This document shows, piece by piece, positions 30,901 through 36,700 of a stretch of 64,000 bases of DNA. The notes beneath the pieces were generated by a model. The model ran no database searches and had not been told where the DNA came from. It saw only the letters and a program-made list of their open reading frames with translations. The DNA is from an uncultured Bacteroidales bacterium (lineage in GTDB: Bacteria; Bacteroidota; Bacteroidia; Bacteroidales; JAGOPY01). The position numbers were made by a program, and so were the translations under genes. The stretch covers positions 16,882 to 80,881 of the forward strand of contig CAZXWD010000001.1 of NCBI GenBank assembly GCA_964644135.1, read 5' to 3'. Numbering within the stretch: the first letter of the stretch is position 1; each line of letters starts with the position of its first letter.

Positions 30901-31635
30901 AGCGTACTTCTCGGTCAAGTTTACAAATTCAGTTGCCTTGTGGCTCTTTGCAAGTATGTTATTGTCGTTGTCGCGAATGTAAGTTGCCTGGTTGTATTCA
31001 ATAGCTTCCGGAACGATTTCTCCGCTTATGGTATCCATCATTCCATCTTTTGTCCTGACAAACCTGTTTGGATGATCATTGTACTTGTACTGGCTCGGAA
31101 AGTGATCCCCGGGCTCTAAAGGTTCTTCTCCGAATTCCTGGTAATATCCCCTGTAGTCGTATTGATGTTCCGGATGGTCTGGATTTGGATGCAGGCCCAT
31201 TTTTTTGGACATGTCGTGATACCACTTCAGGAACGAATCTTCATCGACATTGTCCTTTTTTAACGTACCGTAAGTTCCAAAATCGGCAGTGTCGCTTTTC
31301 TTTTCTAACCAGCTTTTGTATTCCTGAAAATCATCAGGAAGCTCTTTCGATGTGGTTTCTGGTTGTGGATCATTTTCGGTAGGGACGGGTTGTTTTGGCT
31401 GTCCTTTTTTTTTGCCAAGGATTTCCCGTTCGATTTTTTCATCGTCCCAGCCGGACTTTAATAAATCCTCATAGCTATGATACTTGTTATTGACATTGTA
31501 AAATCGCGGAAGCTCTGTAAGTTCATCTTCAGTCCAGCCTCCGTTGAGCATTTGCTGCTTGGTATAGATCTTATTGTCGACCGGATTTTTGTAGCGTACT
31601 TTTTCTGTATCCGGTGAGGTCATTGTCATTGTCAT
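15937..31635 (-). CDS. giant 5232-aa multidomain virion protein: RNAP-like DPBB core plus polyvalent effector domains
   Basis: Uninterrupted ORF from ATG to TAA in the standard code. Motifs located by codon counting and confirmed on the DNA: DFDGD, GGQSGVDEAG, HEHAH, PD-(D/E)XK set and D6 run. Sits directly downstream of the tail genes. Confidence 0.85.
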   Translation of the reverse strand: MTMTMTSPDTEKVRYKNPVDNKIYTKQQMLNGGWTEDELTELPRFYNVNNKYHSYEDLLKSGWDDEKIEREILGKKKGQPKQPVPTENDPQPETTSKELPDDFQEYKSWLEKKSDTADFGTYGTLKKDNVDEDSFLKWYHDMSKKMGLHPNPDHPEHQYDYRGYYQEFGEEPLEPGDHFPSQYKYNDHPNRFVRTKDGMMDTISGEIVPEAIEYNQATYIRDNDNNILAKSHKATEFVNLTEKYADDPTMKPFMDMVRKRINTKWGKYQTYQRSEAEIKADEERAGIRTEIADLEKKIYEFDQQTDSKAHLMGPAGLSSEPNRNRSIEYEKLRERRKILIEKLETGPLNFFDYTKKMEEKAGQQFTSKPVEASREMLNQRSDWLAREFMSEEDNMEFDLKEQLGQKLAELNKIKNPEGEGATVDQEQLVRKQGEISDIRSKIYGLLDQRRQKVQERHKELQIALEATDDEKEKKYLKDELRFVEAMSMDLFKADGDPKKYEQLRAERAINETDFNLMDVVPKGTKARDALNMVLQVLATEYEDKVNLTHNAKTHLGAWVESMKDKYGSHANGPYERLYGEEGLHHQMRAIAPLVMMNRLPVEYLEDEERSVKDGWFSRAWDNIKKTGDMAYRQATQSLYPMTYSSLSTQKQLSNTAMTTMQEIGIDKLIEPTVKKSLKTRTEYKDFSAADFGEMMGPTLAILEPMAEGALLVGLASKFVKPLANLRKAGLIRTYKGTNKVRRAAEAGKRLLARGAYSGLEYQTAGLLHSGNRVIQDEADFLSGMFGAFGEGFITKLGQKVMIPKFINMAFKGRMKEYVDRLTNIGGRFIGRGFGETSEETAQTTWQMYRDTEHWDDFKKQFDDLFLDKSELFHFTAMTFMMGIGMGGGNTLGQIMAETYRENMGKLSPEERMAFEQNAPTMIRYINNQKHKMVINDAKEMNSENIAILLDDAIKGKEELLQKIREKTQQGKPQEDIDELKKDLFELEKSEVEYRRILKERGIENHKEAPLAIEQYAQLHQDKYNTQRELGTLAKANVPPDDERFVSALNKLARINKTLKRLAPGETFDGKKINLVEKEGKPDFRSSKKGGIIEPTVVTDQNDIDFEIEQNAQDYGITFNPYRDVPEKVWNTLMDLQGDNPENTRITVAQAERVAKYLTKLYDQLEAMSESKQRNLSRGMIATIQQDIASKLTTLENIVTIKKESGTLKSDVTPIQKLADQYRTAFQEKAAEKFFKTTDEQTKAEADKKGAEEAEREAQAKEMRKKRLEKHRIRRDKKIEHLTKEVNDEIASTSAQLNTLQEQLDEALESGFTTDSDWINMYKSRIKTLKTKLDELHKQKQTILKSGKKEGEVTDESAKKKIKKEKLVKELDEKGYELVEIENEPTFHSNRRSRGGKSGASPRQVQQGDILDLNYTPRNKMTPDQKRLRQTTTGRPYKHLLQASINGVDVGGIPYQSKADNKITELLKKGYEVKLVVTRAPDQKNPYSFDFEIIVKKKAKPSKGKLKNRISTLIDRAVKLGNDAVIIKDTKDPIDTDVYVVFEPDQIHILGSAEDLEKFSKWGERSKNKGFEKTKVKEGVDDLFNENPELVKIGTKQEYSAYLDDVFPESKDKSIVYHGSTDKIEKFDKSKRGALTGASSAKKGFFFASNRKNSDLYGNAGVIDEGTEEINAIDQVRKYAENRLKKKKEDPFLEELFEEDSEPDFENIKELLGIEFKTLRENYQTDQSYYQALAKEAESLMERIEGSKALRVYSVVLNIKDPYIPDKRKQKSQLKKNKTDEIVEDKLTDEEKIKQKKERLKDLGSQIADELAKRTGGKKDLARTPEENMKLRTLIVDFAKELVELGYLKAKDLFNAIIDALESMGIDDARDLVEEYHDDILRTADVTGEKIGFEFEYDSEFYTTADQKVRALRAIFKDFIHHLESKGMKEPERLIMNMSKSEEFKAALKNPETLAAFLPKLEKKYPDLAKALADESIISFDQIISMQAFYGNMHLMEVVGLHRNANNTYSIQSYNSGARVDDFIETTKRTLRSFTYKGIKDPNKALAAAYKDYMSRSVEITEKRKRKEVSSEQAYEEMYQEQNELYAEFFELITGIESKFWLQYMENPETEKKYTAREIYRPNIFTAIRSKNGFLHSDMPTEQNVKNAIAYFTREPGKKIIDGKEVRISSNIGKLVNILKDESNISLNFSNIEGNREASFEQSSNLIRSMQGIEELRHGKPYKNNRIIQLHMKLPSNPITGRHEIGLSRVTGIFDAKTSNSIESRDMVESDIIMTLFRLFRSSDSNNVAKAETYQQYMGQFGDKKQFYIIQVPKYSNGAKTYKAIYDASPHQKNMATPEEIEAEIEMVNSLIIEGISKEDQDLIDPDKRRAEIKNFLYNFAINKYESDMIAFGRPEQYDNGFVDMVKRAGSTNSPGYSPNTHVEGGVGKKQKHAILNDPVINGEEIFDGIQFMTRSFADKLAVSIGSIFTRTNHYDQLNHTKALYSLVDPSGTRALTKTNVLVIDDLAKQFPDSIYGKIYQLMKSNKLDTLSFKSGTKLAEGPVNKVFDGENLVSENIESFDRFNDNFFIQQDLRHPTRPNTLKQAKQSIGNMINLPNADRIGQLWDENHQQAMDEFIEMFDKFDHKKKRRLLLNEINKDQLPELWEYVRKGGDLSNPYYATMLQKIFASIAERKVLERQVNRVSLQEVPVGDIGLRPMRKSSNGKNVHMPEILANIDGARIEQGFKTKKEAIEYATQFPDMIDPDTGKLMEWEIEKRGSKYYVPGELVIVTRVPADDYHSHNVARLKGNIPGAGNIIITDQNSQLIAGSDFDGDKRFVETLHKNREGETVTGTESPQAKVNLSMRLVHQDYRRPELFDMLNAPINLKAYDETVKNIREKNKKEGRESGRQNLLSDNLAAHRKNNVGRRVIGIMAKLQTTFDFVKKHKLKFKARFENITIPLLSTGKDFQKKQIVLNGFVRDRFGVVKNHIGNLLNMALDNGKDPKIEDMGLNEITANMFTTSLMTNTELDRSTDPKAIDKAVRNHIDNLSALFTSYTGRRYIQMERKKKKAGESFSDKVMWEELRKDKNIDHEILDTIRRLKYLSRDIQRVMDFIDVSREVPNTPEEYNKAEVAYELVRLNGLDAIDTSSLRNPDMTWSVHVRNAARSMEIARKYVLRRNLLMTEGIRSILNEIRLAYETILGRRLYDDQNATLNRAMTNVLLLKAIDIEDLGFKTLRKELWELVEKEGESNAFLGMIQKVMYSNTINHKLQILEQYARNDIPQQKLQLIHRDFDKLPKEMKDKFVLYLAYVYGPSFSTWNGNFTKLVSPSYMVELGERMYDFWLKADLDQISAYDRQDIHDAILRTHPEFDINGEWPVTFTHPRYRVNFYKRIAKVIAAKMKDAKNLSQLRQLFADSPLAKKAIDYFKSRADKVNKKVSDVIKEFADDNVQMARERGERRHGILFTKSKQTGYPSRTKRNAQADLTIAIAINYESGGEIATKKFVTDNGKRYHKVPWNELHTPSEMKRLVNETIDLINKYKPEEINIAGNGLDTFAKNGIEQSDVDEIVHEFLEKVLKNPKLTYRPRLVRSGGQSGVDEAGVKAAVKIGYDAEIHAPADWLYKDKHGQTPKMTDARKERFMERFNPHGPDETRLAKPLAMQPHNIEKIKSGRKTATSRTQQLESGLYKLPDGTLIEVGPGGYYSGIDKLKDPNDWAKQEGFADLEDLKENASFDHTKNFAKGTRKKGLFIYKIRLYEDPAQHQDSDEVKYMNKGDAIGEMLASEDPDVQSFIAGQFRKHYPSVVVFNNRAAFIRYVKKTFGHLEYFDANKIGAAFGNAVYIDPDNAVQSTYYHEHAHIYWHALPEDHPTKKKLIEMFGTEEEAVIAIGRMGTDYAAEIMAADTTWKQIKQAVAEFWQEVKRYFRQDTKEDIAMDMAKAIWNNKDGIISEDSKMKMVQFQKNQGEEVDFDKDSHSYTHPDGKTPIKSVSALIKSMQAQGFNKRRAAESVVFKEQSIRTVNNLPRMSSKEIRERIQEVMAMWDHQRDVGTMLHETIQAIREGKAIPSNATDYISEEVIETLADKINEYIDEKINPEGLEEIFEEKVASVDDYLAGHIDYQRIHPDGSRDIYDFKTSVDKVHDADGELTDKYAKAQDGARMKKPFADTEDSKRVQHGMQVNFYRYMQEKNGHKINKMGIIPINFEMNEDGKVTNVTFEEVVPVKEVPKRTAKMVEIHKKRHLETLQSFHRDERALKTLSNRALEIQRKALVWINEQLPEGETLDTISNETGFSILSPASSIRQQLRAKGLTDEEIAQADIHTLLHLRSDESDSVARDELGIPKRKLTTLDSIKTIKPDMSEAQQEKFKKDRETYAEIIAEIGSLDNLMNLSSNRLIYYWERIKDMEPKLAGPLQTYFHEYMSIRTIVKQVRQENKKGNNDYKLATIAMFMLGKNLDLDEARALEEGIEFGGDLGGFVKNFGFINDRLISIQHATMQYYATVIRDQRSKVDEEHINIKKMMNLFFGQPSDVLFGKFKYRGAKADYGFKIRWGIITTEQGDTKYIRKNATAEMNPTERLFIRYIYDFYAKYDDKHRAIMDNPNKAARVQPLIKAPQVFAGKRSSIKQYGLRALTLTPWHKGLRKLLAPSKYDGVEIQVKTADGEKTYRYYELKEQFDIHNGDITVLRDYYNTAKKLYKKQDPVSKGRVRNIGVVGNQRIGKVLLESENRREVMEQHLFSKTRKWHMEKVIPLHEFFQKRFSLDNPLETPFQNTLKFISQYGDKQIYGYTEPGMALWLGNTIRFLMSALALRSLAWNWKAQAVNLGIGILQNKVNLTDLEFARGFARVIFNPWKTRQLLRYHNILDVTHEHSLDSAKKLKQGFTSAALALVSAVEFVNHGVAYAGQFSQEEWSRYDWKGELKPGKPAIELSRRRTYQDNVREIHGDYGVANQILLGYKPGGAALMEFRNWMPAFIANYFAKGYIDRNGHFRRGIYPAAAVGFNVLMYNMMPKSVKEKIHKKYKFAGPDTSQEEIYSKFNKMSVEELMKSSRYLYRQAEGSNIKYSDLDPGDKRAFRKLLNHTIQVASAMAYMIAAMMDDDDDDEKTALQKSRDFLLDIVRQRLLGDVLYFATPDNLLFLIRYPMPILGYITDVLTFTEAFIPWVMYEYTPDWAWDTLEDMGTEPDDIKEWLDKKAFYQSKTVKGNEPGDAKWVNRLIKILPAGSGASQMKTWFQWDLDIKKSDYKRKRRTGGSSDWK
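19036..19803 (-). other. PD-(D/E)XK (Cas4/RecB-like) nuclease domain inside the giant protein (aa ~3945-4200)
   Basis: Motifs GTMLHETIQ, LAGHIDYQ, IYDFKTS (D4111 encoded at 19303-19305) and QVNFYRYM. Confidence 0.65.
20122..20136 (-). other. HExxH zincin metallopeptidase motif HEHAH (aa 3834-3838)
   Basis: The reverse complement reads tat tat cat gaa cac gct cac att tac tgg (YYHEHAHIYW). Confidence 0.55.
20890..20919 (-). other. SLOG / MoCo-carrier (YpsA-like) signature GGQSGVDEAG (aa 3573-3582)
   Basis: Matches the GGQTGVDRAA-type loop. The partner motif RTKRNAQADLTIAI lies upstream of it. Confidence 0.5.
23194..23208 (-). other. DFDGD metal-binding motif of an RNAP-type double-psi beta-barrel (aa 2810-2814)
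   Basis: The reverse complement reads att gcc gga agt gat ttt gac ggg gac aaa (IAGSDFDGDK). The flanking VIVTRVPADDYHSH parallels beta-prime VLLNRAPTLHRL. Confidence 0.75.
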
Positions 31636-31647
31636 AACTGAAAAGAT

Positions 31648-33135
31648 TTAATTTTTTTTCTTGGGGGCCGCATTGCCTGATCCGATTTCTGGCTGCTCTG
31701 TATTAGTCGGCTCTTCTTCTTCTTCGACGTAATTATAGTTCAACTCGTTATAATTACCCGCACTTTCCTTGTCCATTTTCATCGGTACCATTACATCGAA
31801 ACTGTATAGGTAGAACACGTTTCCATCCTTATCGGTTAATTCCTGCATTTCCAGGTTTAAGGATTGATTTCCGACCGGTGTAGAAGGAGCATGAGGCAAA
31901 GGATCTCCAGGGGGATTTACGGGGCTAATGCCTTTTCTTTTCAATATGTCTTCGTAATAGCTCTCGTGCGTGGTCAATCTTATTTTTGCAAGTTTTTTTC
32001 CGCCTACAGTGATAAATTCAACATCGTTCATTGATCCATTCTGCACAAATATTGACTGGTTTGACTGTGCGGTTATCCTCTGCAACTCTCCTTTGCCATC
32101 GATGAAATACATATCGCCCCCGGTATAATAGTCAACAGGTACCTGATCCCTGCTGCCTGATTTGTGAGGTATCACGGCTGTGGCATCCTGGATATAGCCT
32201 TCCTGTTTCGAATAAATTTGCTTGTAGAACGGCGTATCTTCAAATTTAACTTCCGTTTCTTGGGTGTTGTTTCTAATTTTCGCCTGTTGGATCCGCTGAT
32301 GTGCCTGTTGCGCCTCCATAATATTGGAATACGTTTTATATTCCTCTTCCAGCCATTTTATGGGGTCGTCACTGTAGAGTTTTTGTCTTGTCTTTTCATC
32401 AGGAACAGCCTCAAGAAATTCCTTGTCTAATGCCTTTTTTTCTTTTTGGTAATGTTGGGCAACAAAGCCTCTAAGATCTCCTATTAATTTTGCTGAATAA
32501 TATCCTCCTCCGGGAGTGCTAATATGAGCCCCCTGTGCTATTCGTTGACCTTGTGCGTCCATCTCACCAAGGAAGTTATGCAGGTTAAAAGGCTTTTGTC
32601 CTTGATATTCAAAAGCAGCATCAGCACCTCTGCCTCCGGATATGATTTCCTGGTATTCGGCCCTGTGCTTGTTGTATTCGGACCTGGAAATAGAGCCTTC
32701 TTGCCAGTCTTTTTCAAGGTCTGCCAAACTCGCGGCAGTTGTCTTATACAGGTTAATTGAAGGGTGAGAGCTGAATTCTAACTTGATCTGATCCAGACGA
32801 TTTAGCTTGTCAGGATCATTTATGAAATCCTGGTCATGAGTGAGATTACCGACTTCTGTGAGATATTTTTCTAAGTCTTTATCAAGTGCTTCTTGATATA
32901 CCGGAGTAAGGTTGTCGTGACGGGCCTGTATGGATAGCAACTGATCTGTTATACGATTTGCATATTGCCTGGCATCGTGTTGTTTACGATATTCCCATTG
33001 TTCCTGCCTGAATTCATCCTGCTTTTCTTGCTGCTCCATCATGTATTTCTGACGGGCAGCATCCATCATAGTGCGTCGGCCAGTGGAATAGTCATGAACA
33101 TAGTTTAGTCCGGTTCCGAAATTTGTGTACGCCAT
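31648..33135 (-). CDS. hypothetical virion (possibly ejected/cargo) protein
   Basis: ATG start, 495 aa. Lies between the tail genes and the giant gene. Gln/Glu-rich N-terminal half. Confidence 0.5.
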   Translation of the reverse strand: MAYTNFGTGLNYVHDYSTGRRTMMDAARQKYMMEQQEKQDEFRQEQWEYRKQHDARQYANRITDQLLSIQARHDNLTPVYQEALDKDLEKYLTEVGNLTHDQDFINDPDKLNRLDQIKLEFSSHPSINLYKTTAASLADLEKDWQEGSISRSEYNKHRAEYQEIISGGRGADAAFEYQGQKPFNLHNFLGEMDAQGQRIAQGAHISTPGGGYYSAKLIGDLRGFVAQHYQKEKKALDKEFLEAVPDEKTRQKLYSDDPIKWLEEEYKTYSNIMEAQQAHQRIQQAKIRNNTQETEVKFEDTPFYKQIYSKQEGYIQDATAVIPHKSGSRDQVPVDYYTGGDMYFIDGKGELQRITAQSNQSIFVQNGSMNDVEFITVGGKKLAKIRLTTHESYYEDILKRKGISPVNPPGDPLPHAPSTPVGNQSLNLEMQELTDKDGNVFYLYSFDVMVPMKMDKESAGNYNELNYNYVEEEEEPTNTEQPEIGSGNAAPKKKN

Positions 33136-33157
33136 TTTTTTTCAAGTGTTGTTAATC

Positions 33158-33754
33158 CTATTGACCATAAATACTTGCAGCAAGTTTTTTTGTGTCTGCC
33201 ATTCCTCCTGCTCCTATGATATTTGAAACACCTGCTCCCATAACGCTGCCGGCTATCTCTCGTTTACGATCCAGTGTTTGTTGTTTTATACTTGCAAGTC
33301 TTGTATTTTGCTGATCTACGGCAAGTCCGTAATTAGCCACACTCAATCCAGAATTAATAGCGTTGCGTTCTATCTCTCTCAGTATCCCTTCTATTTCTAC
33401 CTCGCTTTTCATCCTTTCCTTACCTGCTTGTGTTGAGCCTGCCATAGAAGCTGCAAAACGTGCTGAAGGGCTGCGAAAAACCTCACTGGCAATCTGATTT
33501 GTATCGATCCTTCTTTCTTCGATGTCTCTCTGGATAAGATTCTTTTTCGACTGGATATTTTTTTTCATGTCTTTGGCATTTTTTACCACATCTGCCATAA
33601 GGGTAGAAGAACGGTCTTTTGCGTTCCGCGTCTTCATGATCGGATCTTCTTCCTTGTTGAGTTTGATGAGCTGGGCCAATCCGTATCCGGTCTGTACAGC
33701 TCCTAATGATCCTCCTAAAATTGCTTCCCATGGTGTTTTTGGCATATCACTCAT
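33158..33754 (-). CDS. hypothetical protein
   Basis: The track start at 33784 is a TTG that overlaps the upstream gene. An ATG at 33754 (MSDMPKTPWE) sits 1 nt after the upstream stop. Gly-rich ends. Confidence 0.5.
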   Translation of the reverse strand: MSDMPKTPWEAILGGSLGAVQTGYGLAQLIKLNKEEDPIMKTRNAKDRSSTLMADVVKNAKDMKKNIQSKKNLIQRDIEERRIDTNQIASEVFRSPSARFAASMAGSTQAGKERMKSEVEIEGILREIERNAINSGLSVANYGLAVDQQNTRLASIKQQTLDRKREIAGSVMGAGVSNIIGAGGMADTKKLAASIYGQ

Positions 33755-33755
33755 A

Positions 33756-36700
33756 TTAGTAAAGTTTATTGTGGTTAGACACAAGCTGATACATCCTGAT
33801 ATTTTTGGACATATCTTTCAGTACAAATTTAACATACAAATACATTCCTTCCATGCGGCCCTGGTTTCCTTCCGGAACAGAAAAGCGCCACTCATCGACT
33901 ACGAACTGGTAATTTTCCGGCAATTCGCTCACATCGTCAACAGCTATGTTTTTATAACTGCTGCTCACAACATCATAAACACTCTTATATGTTACCTCGT
34001 CAAAGAAGTTGGTTCCGCCCCGCATAAGCATGCCCAGGAATGTCTTCATGTCTCTCAGGTTCGGATTTATTATAACTTCAATATAAGGTTCAATAGCAGC
34101 CCCGTATGCTGTTTCAGATTCAACATCGTGTTTATGCACCTGCTGAGAATTGTAGGCAATACCATAAAGTGTGTTTTCTTGCGGAATGTACAACGAGGGC
34201 CCCCACTGCGGTTTTGATACAAAAGAACGTAGTTTGATGTTGTAGGCAATCGTATTGTAAGATCCGGCCTTGATAAAAGTCATGTAGACCAGGTTTTTCT
34301 TTCTGTTGAATATTCCTACAATTCCACCTTTTCCGGAAGGATCGTTATGTCCTGAGTAATCACCAATATCCTCAAAAAAGGATTCGGCTCCTTTGACAAA
34401 TGATTCGTCACTAAGCTCCAGGGATCTGGTCATGTGCAAGAATTTATTCCTCGTTGCGTCGTACCACATCCAGTTACCATCGACATAAACAAGTGATGTT
34501 CGCTGCTCAAGACCAATATTTTCGTATACGTAGTCGTTCCTGTCGAACTTACCACCTACACCGAGTTGTACAAGTATTTTGTCCGGATCGTTGGTCAAAG
34601 CTCTTTCATCGACAGGAATAAACCCTATTGCTTTATCCTGCCAGAATATAAGCCTGGAACCAAAACCATGTAATGCATTGACAGAACCGTAACGACCCAG
34701 CACATCAACAAAATTATTGGCCATAAACTGCCTGTAAGCATCTACTTTAGCGCCGTCTATCTTTGTGTTGCTGTATCGGATCCTGTTTTTGAATTTTGTT
34801 GATTTGTTTATATCGATCGGGGCTCCGGGATATAATATTTCCGGATCTGAATTCCATGCATTGTTAACCGTGAAATCTTCAAAGTTTTCGATCCTACGAT
34901 CAGAATGGATATTATCATCATCGTTCCATAACTGTATGTGCGGGCTCTTCATTCCAAGGATACTATTACCGGATCGGGCTAAAGGATTGACTGATGTTTG
35001 CAAGGGCAGGGTTATTACATTTCCTTCCATTGTATCTTTAACCAGCTTATAAATCGAAAAAGGAATGATCCTGGCATGAGTGAACATCGTGATGTAAGTG
35101 TCTCCACCAAACAGTTGAATGTTTTTCGCAATATATTTGATGCTGTAATAAGAAGCAGTTTTAATCGCTTCTTTAAAATCCTCATCAACTTTTTGAAAAT
35201 GGCCGACATACATGTACTGAGAGTTGGCAAGAGCTGAAGAAGTTGTCCCTCCGTAAAGAACGGATTTATTTCTTTTGTGCCTTACAATCGGAACCTGTTT
35301 TAATGAGTTCGCATCCGGATCCCACCAGTCATTGTTATCAGAATGAGTCAATACAAGGCATTTTCCTCCTGCAGCACCGTTTGTGGCTAAAGCAGGAGAT
35401 GTATACTTAAATATGTTGTGGAACCGGAACAATTCTGCTGAACCGCTCATAGGATCAGTAGATAGTTCGTTCTCTTCTGTTGCGTTTTCAACCTGAAATA
35501 TTCCTGATATTTTTGACGGATCAATAGTTGTTTCTCTGGCAGTGGTAGGATAAAAAATATGTTTGTATTTCTGTACCGGATTTTCTGCTCCTGCTTCAAT
35601 AACCTCGTCGTTTTGATATATTGCCTTATAGGCTATCTCGAATTCATCTTCAGCTCTTAATTCTTCAGTTGTTCCCAGCAAATAATCAGGGGGCATCCAT
35701 TCGCTTATATCATAAACACCCCATTGGAACCTGTCAAACATTCCTTCATATAAATGTTCTTTAGGCTCGAGTATGTTGTGAACTTTAACCCACTCTCTTA
35801 TTGTTTCATCGTCTTCTTCATAACTTCTGCGAATGATATTAGCTATTGGCCCCTCGGCCAGAATGGTCTTATCTACAGGGCAACGTACAATATAAAATCC
35901 GGAAATGTCATGGATAATATCTGTCAGGTCTACATTAACCAAAATACTTGCAACCTGGGCATTGAAATAATCTTTATTCTCGTCAGCAGCACGAAATGTT
36001 TCGGTATATTTTTTCATGTAACCGGTAATATATGGCCCGACTAAATTACCGTCTTCATTTAAAGTCTCGAACTGCTCAGATTCGGCACTGCCACGTTCAG
36101 GGATAGTAATGTCATCGATCCACCGGACATAATTAAACGTTCCTCTCTTGCTTACAGGAAGGACTCCTATACGATATGTTTCACCACTGCGGTATCCGGC
36201 CATTCTTTTGCTATGAATGCCTTTGTATCCAAGCTGGTCTCTTATGTCCAGGTATTCGAAAATGTTTTTTTCCTGCTGGAAATCGTAATACTTGCAGATC
36301 CGGAACACCGGTATTACTGTACCGGTATCAGACCAGGTAGGCTTGTCTATCTTCCCCAAAAATACATTGCCTGAGGTATAGGTGTCTCCGTTATAACCGA
36401 CGGTTCCTTCCAGTACTTTGTAATACTGTCCGGGAAGGATATCACCGTTGCGTACCGTTCCGTCTTCTTTCAGGGAAGGCAGACCGGAATAAGTATCTGT
36501 ATCAAGATCATTCAGGTTCCTGTCATAAATACGTCCTCGAAAGGCAGGGACCTCATAAGTAATTGCTTTAAAGTCGTTCGGGTTGTTCAATCGTTGCCCG
36601 GCATCTAACTGATCCTCTTCTGTTACCCCGCCGATAGCCAATGTTTTTTTGATGTCGAAAAGGTCGTTGATTCGTTCTATAGCTACTGTTGCAGTTGTGT

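Noticed and set aside
16027-31382. Dozens of 60-226-aa plus-strand ORFs antisense to the giant gene, for example 25033-25713 and 19540-20148.
   Set aside because: They have Leu/Phe/Ser-rich composition typical of the antisense strand of a Lys/Glu-rich gene. I saw no motifs. They are incompatible with the single 15.7-kb ORF, which carries verified domain motifs.
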